64,000 nucleotides of DNA from Zygnema circumcarinatum SAG 698-1b (taxonomy: Eukaryota; Plantae; Zygnematophyceae): contig CM074816.1 of NCBI GenBank assembly GCA_037447605.1, positions 573,873 to 637,872 of the forward strand. The letters run 5' to 3'. Every line of letters starts with the position of its first letter. The first letter of the stretch is position 1. Shown here one piece after another: positions 1 through 11,807 of this stretch. A model generated the notes under the pieces. It saw only the letters and a list, made by a program, of their open reading frames with translations, was not told the origin of the DNA and did no database searches. Position numbers and translations under genes: made by a program.

Positions 1-125
1 TCAAGAATGAGGCCCAGCTCAACTTTTCTCAATGAAGGTCTTCAACTCACTGTTGTCACTATCAGCAAGTGCTCTATTGACTGCTTTATACTGAAACAAA
101 CCTCAAGCAGAGTCCTGCAGCTTAC

Positions 126-3100
126 CGATATTTGAGAGTCTTCAGTTCACCGTGATGCGTGGTAGCAAGAGTCAAAAGAGAGCCCCTTCTCGATCGTTCA
201 GCAAAAGATTCCAACACCGCCATTCCTAAAGCTGCCCCCTCTGCCGGGTCTGTGCCAGCACCTACCTGAACATGGCAAAAAAAAGGTTCAAATAAAACGT
301 AGGAAAAAAACATTATCTCCACATAAACCTTCCGGGTCAGTTGACTTAGTATCCTTTGCAGAAATGCGGTATAACCGGTACATTGTTTTCTGGAATTGAA
401 AGTGCATTATAATGGCAACAGACCTCGTCAAGGAGGACTAGTGACGAGCCCGTTGAAGCTTCCTTGATTGTCTGCATCTGTTTCAGGTGACCAGAGAATG
501 TTGACAGAGATTGGGAGAGGGACTGCCGGTCACCGATGTCAGCGAATACGGAATCAAACCATGGGAGGATTGCATCTGCTGCAAGCACATACAAGCCTGC
601 ATGTGGTAGAACACAGAGCATGACTATAGCATTATGCCAAGAAACTTGAGCACTTCGAATACATGTGACGGAAAACCAGCAAATGACATCTCTTCCTAGA
701 CCTAGCAGCTCGTTTCATGTTTCTTCGTCTTTCCAAACAAATAGCATTATCTCCCCTGTTCGGATTAGAAACACTGCAGAATGAAGACATTGGGACTAGG
801 GTTCTCCAGCGTTTCACACGGCTGAATTATGGAGACAAGACACCTATTTGAAAGGAAGTGACAAGCACGAGATGAGTTGCTATACAACCAAAATGGGTTC
901 AGAAAAGTGCTCATACCCCACCTGCTTTTGCCATAAGGGCTGCCAGACCCACTGTTTTTATGGCTGCCGTTTTCCCACCCGTATTCGGCCCAGTGATTGT
1001 AACCACTCGAGTGGACCAACGGATTCGTACATCGATAGGTACAGGGATGGAAGCTTCCAAAGCTGCAACCTGGCATACAGTATCACCATGCACGGACTCC
1101 ATGGACGTGAACGACAGTAGCAAAATCGAGAACTAAAGTACAAAGTTAGCATGGATGACGGAGGGACAAAACTGCACACATACTGTGTAGGATAGAATAA
1201 CCAACAGTTGCTTGGAGGCACTAATCTCTGCCAGATATGCTGAACGTGTGATCCATATCAAAAGCTACAATTCTTTTACATTCAGTTACATATGAAAAAT
1301 GACGTAAAATCGCTATACCTCAGCAGCAGCATCTGCCATTGCTTTCTCCGGCTCCTCCATTAATCCAGAAACTGCTCCCCCTGGTCTCGCTCGCATCCTT
1401 GCAGCTGCCTTCGCTTTGCTAGAAGCTTTTACTTTCGCCTTCTTTAGGCTTTCCCTCCATTGTTGTAGCAGCAATGGATGCCTCGCTTTGCTCAGATCTA
1501 CCATGAGGGACTCATTAGCATCATCATTTCCAAGCTTCTTTCGGTCATTGTCTGGGCTATCTCCAGTTACGGCTGTTAAACTATCCAACATAGAGCCTGC
1601 TCTGTGGTCATCGTGGGTTTTGTGTAACGTTGGATCAACCAAGACAGGGGGACTTGCTCCAATCCATGAGCTGTACCGAGCCCGAGCCATAATCTAGGCA
1701 GATGCCCCTTCCCCCATCGCAGAAAGCAAAATAATGAGTAAGGTAGGATGCTACCAAATTTTGCCGGAAAGCTTCCATCTTCACCTTATTCATCTAAGCG
1801 ACGGACTATTCACAAATTTAAGAAATGCGCATGCATAGGTGCTCACCAAATCCAGTCGAACTACAACATCAAATGTAAACTTGATATCGTCAAGCGAATC
1901 ACGAATTGTGGTGCATAATGCAGAGAGGACTGCTTGCTCAGCCCGAGAAATTTCAGCTTGAGAGTCTGTCAGCTTATTGTTAAGAACAATAGCAGATGCG
2001 GGTTCCAAATAGATAGAGCTCCCTCCACCTCCACTGCATACGTTGACAACCCCCAAGCCCGAGAAAACAATCCTTGGATAAACATTTACTGGTCACATAT
2101 GATTGCCTGTGTTCACGCAAAAGGAGCAACAGAAGAATGTGCCTCACATATGATAGTCCGAGCAGAAATGCCACGATGGATCCCAATATACATCATCCCT
2201 TTCGTGTAGAGCCCCACCTCCGAATGAGCAATCCCGCCACGTTGGCCCTCCCATCTGCTGCAAGAATGAGGCACAACCGACCCCCAATTTCCTCCACTTC
2301 TCCTCCATGCGCCCTTGCCATTTTGTTCAGAAGCTCCTCTAGACGGGACCTGATAGTGCGCTGGTCCACACAGGCACGTCTAAGCTCAGGACTCGCAGAT
2401 TCCTTCACTGTACCATCTTCCTCCACTACGTTTGTGATGGCCCGGACAATCTCAGGATGTGCTGCCAATGGTCTCACCTGCGCAGGAGCCTTGACCTGCA
2501 TGAGCTTTCCTAGATTGTACTTGCTTTTGTATGCCATAACATGCCGAAATGCAAGCAGGAGAAAATTTCTTAAGCTCGTTTACATTAAAAAAGCTATGGT
2601 TTGGAAAAAAAACATCGTAAAGGTTGTGTGGACTGTTGCTTGAATTGAAGTACCACATGTTTGAAAGAAAATGAATGTATAGCTAGATAGCCTATTCCTC
2701 GTTCATATCGCAAGAAATCCCTATTATATTTTGCAAAATAAGTAGGAGAAAGAAGAGTGAGATGGTGGTAAACTGAAGTTGGTGCGATAAAAAATGAAAT
2801 AGATGGAAGAAATTATATGTCAAGTAGGATTACGCTTGACATTCAGATTTCCTAGAATTTGGCTGTTTTCTCACCAGTTCTGTCAAAGGCAACAAGGCGG
2901 TCCTCTCTTCCAAGCTCCCAGTTGTTCCTGCACCTAAAATAGCCCTCCGCATTCCGTTGACAGCAACCAAAAGTGAAGCCACAGCAGCTAACTGCGGGCC
3001 GCCTGCTGCCATTCCTTTCCGCATTGCTCCAATTGCCTCGGTAACCTGCGAAATGACCAATTTCAGAATTACCTGAGCTGAATTTTTTTTTCTTCTGCAA

Positions 3101-3878
3101 AATTTAATAATTATCCAGGAGTTACCCGCAAGCAAGGTCCTATACAGTCATTCGATTATGTGAAATGAAAGGAAGAACAGCTACTGGAGCCCAGTTAATT
3201 CGCATGTTGATACAACCAATGCGAATGGAGAAGAATTTCTATGACGAGCGGATGTGCTTGTTACTGCCAAATGCCAAAAGTGAATGGAGGTGTGAACTTG
3301 AATTGCAACTAATACGTAAATTGACACTTTTAATTACACATTTATATAAAAGTGAGAAAAATTCCTATCCCTCCAGCAACGAATGCGCAAAATTCAATTC
3401 TTACAAGGCTCGTATTGACACCTTCAAATCCCAATCCCCCCCCAACAAGCGTCTCCACGGCCAGCGCCGCGCCTGTCTCCGCCAGAAGCGCCTCACTGCC
3501 TGCAATGGTCGCCGGAAGCGCCAACCTCTGCGCCAGCCTCCGCCCCGCCATTGTGGAAGCGAAGCCTCCCACCACATCGCAAAGACGCGGCCACTCCAAA
3601 AGCTCCAGCGTTGCCTGCGCCGCAGGGCTCAGGGCCTCCTGCTCAATTCCTGAACCCTGCCAGTCTCTCACTGACCCCTCCCCGAGGTTCAGGACCGCCA
3701 TGGCTCGCGCTCCGCCTCCTGCGCTTACAGCTGGCTTCAAGAAGCGCAGGGAGAGTCTGGAGGAGGAAGGGAATGTCCTTGTCCTAATTTTGATGCATTC
3801 CTCGAATTCCAACCTCGGGCTTAGAAGGACGGAAGCCGTGAGCAGCCCTGCAGGCGACGCAGCAGCCATGGCGGTCAT
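126..3878 (-). CDS. MUTS2: MutS2-family ATPase (probably plastid-targeted), multi-exon, 3' end beyond the window start
   Basis: Exons encode Walker A VVTITGPNTGGKT (911-1123), FADIGDRQSLSQSLSTFSGHL and LVLLDEV (424-596), GAGTDPAEGAALG and ATTHHGELKTLKY (126-265), plus N-terminal LELLEWPRLCDVVGGFASTMAG. GT/AG boundaries checked, e.g. exon 1 3878-3405, exon 2 3045-2875. The Ala/Ser/Arg-rich N-terminus resembles a transit peptide. Confidence 0.93.
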
Positions 3879-4742
3879 CAGGCGCTCCTCCAAGCGCAAG
3901 CCCAGCTGGGACGGAGCCCGCCAGCCCAAGGGCGGCCGCGTCCTCCCCCGCCGATCTGTGTCACGTTGTTCCGTTTAGCGTCGTACGGTCGAAGTCAAAC
4001 GCCACAATGCTTGGTCGACTGACTAACTTGACTAAAGGTTGCTTCGTTTTGTTAAGGCAATTCCATGATTCCCATTCCATCATCATTGTTCTATTGAATG
4101 GTTGGCATACAACATTCTTAGAGACCATATCCCAACAAAGCAATAATGCCAATTCGAAAACGCGAGGATATATGCGCACGCAATAATGGATGATACCTCC
4201 GTGATGTTGAATTGGCATTACTGTATTGCTTAGTTGGGATTTGATCTCTGAAAGTTTAGCATGCCAACCTTTTGAACGTTTTGAAATTTTCAACGTTAGA
4301 GGCTACCGATTCGGCAGGCTCACGATCCATGAATGGTCTTAAGAAAGCATCTCTCTCTCTCGCCATCGTGAGATCAATGCCACATCTCTTGCTCTCTATG
4401 TACAGCTGAAAGGTTAAATAACACACATTGCGAGACATGATAGCACACACACCGAAGTAGTGCCTCGTAGCCGCACCAAGTTGCTGACCCCCTTGTAGCT
4501 GACTAGAAGTATGGCTAACCAGGTCAAAGTCAAAGCTGGTCAATTTCTTCTGACCAGCAGTTGGCTAACAAACGACCAGGGGCCTCTCTCCAACTTGCGG
4601 AGCCTCGGGAGTGGAGGGGGTCTCCAATGGCGACCCGCCACGTGACAGGGCTGTACACGTGGCGCGCTCGTGGGAAGAGGCGCAGCGGTGTCCTTGTTTT
4701 TGCAGCGCCGGAGGACGGGAGTGAGAGAGGGAGCGAGCAGCC

Positions 4743-7649
4743 ATGGCGATGCCCGGAAGGAGGGAGAGGGAGAGGAAGAGGGAGAGCGGGATGGGGGCTG
4801 GAGGGAGAGTTCTGGCGCTGCTTTTGGCATGCGGGGGACTGCTGGCAGGGAGGGCGCAAGGGCGGTCGGAGCCTCTGGCTCTGCCGTCGGAGGGGGTCTC
4901 GGAGAGTCTGGGAATGGAGGAGGCTGGCAACGCCACTTCCGTTGCAGGAAGCAACGACTATCCGGAGGTGGGAAACGATGAGTTGCTTCTTCGCGGCGGG
5001 AAAACATAGCATGCATGCAGGAGTAGTACGGTTCTTTTGTTGCTTTCCTCTTTTTTTTCTCGATTTTTATTTATTTATCCGTTTTTTCATGTGTTCTTAG
5101 CTCGCGTTCGAAAAAGAAATATTTCCGAAAAGAAAGGATATTTAATAACTACAATGGGTTTTTTCTTGGCTGATTATTTGGCTGCTTTTTGGAGGTGTGT
5201 TTGGAGGTTCAGTACAGCTATTTCGAGCGCACTTATGCGAGTTCTGGGTGGTTCACATCGCCTCCCATTCTCGACACACACGTGGAGGTGTCAGTGCTCC
5301 CCAAACTGATCAATCAGCGGCTTCGCACTCACTACCCCTCTTCTATCAGCGTCTACGCAGTCCCGTACCCGCGTCCTCTCATCTATTACAACATCATGTG
5401 GACTGTCAATTCCAAAAGCGTATGCACGTCCTCCATTTACCAAGCTTTGCATGTACCATGACTTGCTTCGAGCCGCATTTTCAACTTGGGACTAGAATGA
5501 AGCGAGAGGCAGATCAGACAAGCAAGTAGAAGGGAGGAGTTGGAAGACAATGGTATTTATGTTCGATCAGGGGTTCTGCAGATTGCTTGGAGGCTCAGCT
5601 ACAACGAGGATGGAGTTCAATTTCAGAAAACACTGAACAACAACATCAATGCGGGCTACCAGGCATATCAAGTGAGTCCTTCATAGACGCATGTTCTGAT
5701 TCCACAGGCTCATTTCTTTTGTTTTTGTATTTCTAGTTTGATGTTTGACATACTCGTCGAAGCGTTTCAAATCATGACCTCTCTCCTCATTTTACTGGAT
5801 TTTCTTTGCTTTAGAAAGGCAAAAGAAATGCTTTTTTGTTGAGAAAGCCAAAAAGCCGGTTGTGAAGTCCTATGCTTCCACTGTAGAGAGACGAACATGC
5901 CGTGTATAGAGTACGTTTTGCTTATAATTTAGGCTTGTTCTTTAAAGGGCATGTTGTGACTCTAGACTCCCTCTACTCTGTTGTTTCTCTCCGTGTCTCT
6001 TCTAGATAGCTGATAAGGGACTTCCTGAACAGTTTTTTCAGTTTTACCATCTATTTAAAAGTAAAATTTCTATAATTTGAGTTTTTAAGTCGTCTGAATA
6101 TCATTCTGCAGCAGTTTCGTTCAGAAGTTTGGACTTCATTTCATGAATTGCGGACCCCTGTTCTGTCTTGTTGATGCGACTGCGCAGATCGAGAGTTACG
6201 CATTCGATGACTGGGGAACAATCTACTACGCAGCCATTTTCCTGCAAAAGCAGTCTTGGCCATCTGGAACTCAATGGGACATTGCTTTTGGTTTCCCCAA
6301 TGATGCAAGTTATTGCTGCGGGTCCAACAGCCGTTGGATGCGCCTGAGCTACTCTGTAAACTCATCGATTCCTAAGGAGCCCTTTTCAAATGTGAAGGTC
6401 TCGAGGTCGTTTTGTTTTGAGGGGGGGGGGGGGGGAAAGGAGGGTAACGTTTAGGCGCGTCTGTTCAAAGGTGGACGAACCCTTTTTATTCCTTAGAGCG
6501 AATGACGGTTTGCATATGGGAATGGAAAAATTAGCATGAAAGGAAGGGGTGGTGCTGGCTGTTGATACCAAACCTTTCACAAGGCCAGTGAATTGAAATC
6601 ACATCTATCCTGCTCTGCAATATTCCAGTTAGATGTGAATGGTTGCCTTTGGTTTTTGGGTGCAGGGCTATAAGCCTGTCAGCTTCTCCATTACGGAGGA
6701 CCCCAGCACAAAGCGGGAGTACATTACTGATCTCTGGAATACAGTTGATGTTGGGACGTGAGTGGTTCTCTACCTTTCACAGATCCCCTCACCCCCAAGC
6801 ATCAAATAACTGGTAACTTGTTCCTGTCAGGGTAGCTCTCCAATGCTCTGTGCAGTATTCCACGTCTTGAATGGTATGGTCGAGCGGAAGCATGAGCTCC
6901 AAGTGCATTGGACGATACGTCGATACGTTGCTGCAGTTGTCCTGTTCCACCAGCTCCGTCCTCTTACACGTAGTGAAAGCCCATAGGATGTGAACTAGCA
7001 GCTGCACTACATTATCTGGTTGCAGGTGGCAAGGCGGCATGTCAAAGACAGCCGTGCAGCTTCAGCAGATCCTTGGGTCCCTTGAGAACCTCACACCCGT
7101 GTACATAAAGGGCTACCGTGTCTCGGTGCCTAATGGAGGTCATATGGTGAGTCTGGCTATACTTTCTCTGTTTCGATATCTTTGCCTTAACTTTTGAAAG
7201 ACAGAATTCAATCTCTCCTCCTGGTTGGACAGAGCATGTCTCTCAAATTGCAAACAGGAGATTACAACTGTCCGTAAGTGGACCTACCAGTTAGGAGTAT
7301 GCGTCAGCTTTCATCCTGGAAAGCATCCTGGAGCACTTCTATTCACATCTTGGACCCCCTGAGGCCGAAGAGAGTACCTCCCCAACCGGAGATGCAGGCC
7401 ATTGCTTACCAGCTTGTTCATCTTTCACTGCAGATCTTGTTTACCTACTTGGCCAAGAACATGGATGCTCCTGCCCTGAGCCTCACTACCTCTGTCAGCA
7501 ACACTGCATTCGCAGCCCTTGCCAAGCTAGTAAAGAAGCCCCCTGTGGCCTTCACTTCTTACTTCGTTGACTCGGAAGCGGATTACCAGCAGGCAGGATA
7601 TGGCGGCATGTACACTGCTCTCTGGGATGGCGTTACTACAAACAATTGA
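4743..7649 (+). CDS. Putative secreted protein (about 372 aa) with five polyglycine-hydrolase-like / BTRD1-type structural repeats
   Basis: Seven exons 4743-4967, 5213-5419, 5582-5671, 6188-6355, 6666-6757, 7026-7146, 7434-7649. All introns are GT-AG and phases are compatible (0,0,0,0,2,0), giving one open frame to TGA. Hydrophobic leader GRVLALLLACGGLLAGRAQG follows the ATG at 4791. Recurrent W...GY.P..IS.Y......Y..(I/L)W pattern. Confidence 0.7.
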
Positions 7650-8113
7650 GAAAGGGGCGGTTGGGAAAGGCAGCACCCTCAGCACTTGTACATGTTGTCA
7701 TATAACATTACGTATATGGAACACTCACCTTGGACCTGGCCAGAATAAGGCCCAAACACGCAGGAGCAGGCTCCTCCGCGTTCCCTTCGGACTGCGTACT
7801 ACGCAACATCAGCTGTTGTTTTTTGAGTGGGCTATGTTGGGGCCTATGTTGAAATATTTTTGTTGATATGAACTATGAAGTGACAAGAGAGTTTTGCATT
7901 ATTGAGCAATGGAGCGAGGCAGGGAGAGAGATGGGAGATAGGATGGATGGACGCCGAGGGAGGCAATCGGTTGGGCGACGATGGAAGGAGTAAGGGGAAA
8001 GGTGGCACAATGCTCATCATAGAAGGAGAGGGAGAGGGAAGTATGACCCCATTTCAGAATCACTTTTGATAAAGCTAATCATTTACATTTCGAGTCATCC
8101 TAACAAGACTCAG

Positions 8114-11100
8114 TCATCCATCTGTATCATCTGACAACACGAGAACCTTCCCCCATCCACTCCTATGCGATGTACACGAGAGCCCCACTTGCTCTGCTTT
8201 CCGTCGGGCGATGACCCGATCCTCCTTCACCATCCACTCAGAAAGCTGCAACTGCCCGTCCTCCAATGGGCCGCCCTCCCACCTTACACCCAAGGACCCT
8301 CCATCACAGCCCTCCATAGCTTTTTCTTCTCCCACTTCCTCTCCCGCCTTGGCCCCTCCTCTTACCCCTCCTGCCCTCCCCTGCAGCGCAGGCCTAAAAG
8401 ATTCTATTTGCTCCTCCAAAGCATTTTTCCAGACCTCCTTTGCAACCTTAAGAAAGCGCTGCATGCTGCCTGTTGGCAATGAATTGCCCCCTAACTGGAC
8501 CTCATTCCTGTTGCCAGTTCCATGGTAGTCGGATCCACCTAACTGCAGCAGTCCATGCTCCTCTGCCAGTGGCCCGTAATCTGCACCAAGCCCAGGCATC
8601 CACTGGACTTTTCGGTTTCTATCGAACGACAAAATCTTATATAGCCAGTAAGCAGCTTCTCAAACAGATAGGACCCGAGGCAGCAATTTCCCGCCATAAT
8701 AAAGCTCCATATACCATCAGCAGGGGGGGGAGGGGGGAAGAGGGAGGGGATGGTGGAAGGGGAAGAAGAGAGAGGTGAGTAAACGACAGAGAGAGAGAGT
8801 TAGAGAGATAGAGAAATGGAGAGGGGAGAAAGAGGAAGTGTATTCGAACTCTGAACCCAAGGACACGCATTTGTAACCGGCACAAAACAGCGATCAGAAA
8901 CTGCATGGGAGACATGCATGGAATGATGACATACATGCCAGCTTAGCGGGGTCACGGTGTGCTTCTAAACCATGGAGACCCGCGAACTTGAGGCGTGCGA
9001 CTAATTTTTCAGGACTCTTTAGGCACCATGGATGCGCCAACACAGAAATGCCACCAGTACGACAAACGAGCTGCACTGCCTCCTCGGCCGATATCTCTGC
9101 ACCTCTGAACGATTCACCCACAGACAACTCAATACTTCGCAGTCGTCACCGAAACCAACATGTGCAAGTGACGATCATAGGATCAAGGAACCCTTGCAGC
9201 AAATACACCACATAAACAGACGATCAGCTTGGCGTGTTTAAAAATTTGGAACAAGGCAGGTAAACATGACCAGGTTAAAGTATTCCTTTTCGGGGTAATT
9301 CCTTACTTGGAAGATACAGGTCCATCATCAAAGAGGTATCTGCTGAAGGCTTCCTGAGCTGTTGCAACATAGCCTGCTTCTACAAGTGCTTGTGCTATAT
9401 GCGGCCGTCCTGGGGCACCCTTTACTCCAGCAAGCTGCATCCAATGCAAACTCAGCAAGGATGACTCAGAACATAAATCCACTGTTGCCAGACTGAAGTC
9501 AGTCAGGAGGCCCTCTAAGGTGCCACTTAAAACGAGGAAAAATGTGAAACTCTTAAATGGCTACACTAAAGATGGCTCTGTGTATTTGACAAACCAACCG
9601 ACCTAGTTGAAGTCAAAACAGGCAAAAGCTACGTACATGTACGAAATTGCGTATGAAAAGCGTCAAGGATTGCTCCTAGGAGTTTCTGGACAGGAAACGC
9701 AGGGACACAAATGGCAGCCTTCAATCATTGTTTCGCATCATCCAACAGACAGTGATGTAGACAAAGTTCTCATAGAAATGCCACCCTTGGGCCACTCTCC
9801 CCCTGCCTCACCTCGAGTACCCGATCGAAATTGATAGTTACTCCAAGCATCTTCAGCTTCTCAACCATAGCCTCTGCACGTGCAAAGCGGCCCTTACATA
9901 TCCGTGCTAAGGAGGCAGAGAGCTCCTCCCCTCGGCAAGGCCCCCCTCTCCCGTAGTATCCTAGAATATGAACAGATTGCATCTTTGGTTTTGCGTCCTC
10001 GCTGTATTGACAAAACACATACAGAAAGTTAACTCCCATGACTTGATGCCATCTATTCATCATATAGCATGTTTGACATTCCGATCCTAATCATTGGAAC
10101 AACTGCAGCTGAGAAAAGAATTGAAGATGCAACCTCGACGTCGGTGCAGGCATGATTTAAAGCTTGAGGCAGTCCTGCTAGGAGTTTTCATTTTGTTTTT
10201 TAATTTTAAAGTGAGATCTGGTGTCTGCCTGGAAACAGTCAAATCTCACATAAGGAAGAGGTATACAGAAAGGAAAAGGAACACGGGATATCACCCTAAA
10301 CAATTCGGCCAAGAAGAGTTATACTCACTTTATCCGTTTGTGCCCATGCAGAGATGTTATGAGAGTGCGTGACAGTCAGCCAGTTAAGGTAAGAATTTTT
10401 TTCGAGAAGATGAGCTCACCCGTAGGAAGCCAATGCGCTAATCTCCACTCCGGGAATGACACGAACACCAAACTCAATGCCCGCAGCGAGGGCAGTCGCC
10501 ACACCCGCCATTGTGTCATGGTCTGTTAGGGCAAGAACGCGCACCTGCAAGAAAGGCACTGAGAGCAAAATGACAGAGCCACCTCAACATTCACGTCAAC
10601 CCCAATGACCTTGAAGCAGAGGGCTACCAATTCACCAATTAGCTTCCCCAAAAACGACTTCTGATTACAACTGGTATGCGCTTTAATGCACCAAACTTAC
10701 AGAATGCTTCGAAGGCGATGGAAGGTCTATTCTGACAGAGTGAGGGTACGCTCACGTGAAACAATTATACAGGGAAAAAAGGGAAAGCAGCGAAAAATCA
10801 TTGAAATTTTTTTTAGGAGGAACCGAAACACTCTCAGCCTTGAAGGTTTCGAGTTACTACCCCTTGCTGAGCTGCAAGAGCCACCAACTCGCGAGGGCCG
10901 AGGCGGCCATCGCTGCATGTGCTGTGCGAGTGCAGATCCACCAACACTGGGGCCGACTCTTCACGAGGCATTCTCCCCCATTCCGCCACTCCTCCCTCCT
11001 CCCTCTCCCTCTCTCCCAACTCATCCTCCTCATCCGAAGAAAAACAAGAAGAAGAAGGAAAAGAAGCGATTTCCTTCTTTGACAAGACAGTGCTGCAGAA

Positions 11101-11214
11101 CAGCCCTTCCATGGCCCATCTCCTCACCGCCTCCTCTGCCGCCAAGCGCTTGCCTTGAGCTCGCTGCTTCCCCTTCTTCCCGCTCTTTCCGCTCTTCTGC
11201 TTGCCTCCCGCCAT
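8114..11214 (-). CDS. PHP-domain (polymerase/histidinol phosphatase, TrpH/YciV-like) metal-dependent phosphoesterase
   Basis: Exons give DLHSHSTCSDG, ALTDHDT, IPGVEIS, HILGY, PGRPHIAQALVEAGY, VLAHPW, GLEAH and GGSDYHG, the canonical PHP metal-binding motifs. The start at ATG 11214 (MAGGKQKSGK) is inferred. Confidence 0.9.
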
Positions 11215-11807
11215 GGCTGCCACAGCCGCTCCTCTTCCTACGTCTTCCCCCTCTTTCCTTTCTTCCTTTACATCGGAAGCCACCAACGGCTGCTTCTAGA
11301 GAGAGAGAGCCGCGCATTCACCTCATAGGACATAGCCCCATAGCTCCTTCCTTTTTCTCTTTGGGTCCTTTGTAAGCTCTACGCTTTGTCCTCGTTCACC
11401 GACGGCCATCGGCCGTTTGAGAAGGTAAAAGGAGCCCTTTGGACTCCGCGCCCACACGGATTTCTTCTCCCGCGCTTCCTGCTCTCACTCTGTTTTGTCA
11501 ATGCAGCTTCTATTCTTATTCTTACATGCTGCCGTCTACTATGGATGCCCATTATTACAGGATCGACCCAGCAAGAGAGCCTTGATATGATGTGAGGACC
11601 AGGAGACGAGCGACTCAGGATTCAAAGTACACAGTGGCAGCACGATATCGCCGCAGGACAGGAGCAGGAGCAGGAGCAGGAACAGGAGCAGCTGCATGAA
11701 AAGTGTATGACATCCTTTTTGCCGGCTTTGGTGGATGTTTGGCGGCTGGTAGTTTCAGCAGAGGAGTAGCAATAGTAGTTTGTGTGCTACAATTTGGGGC
11801 AGCGATT

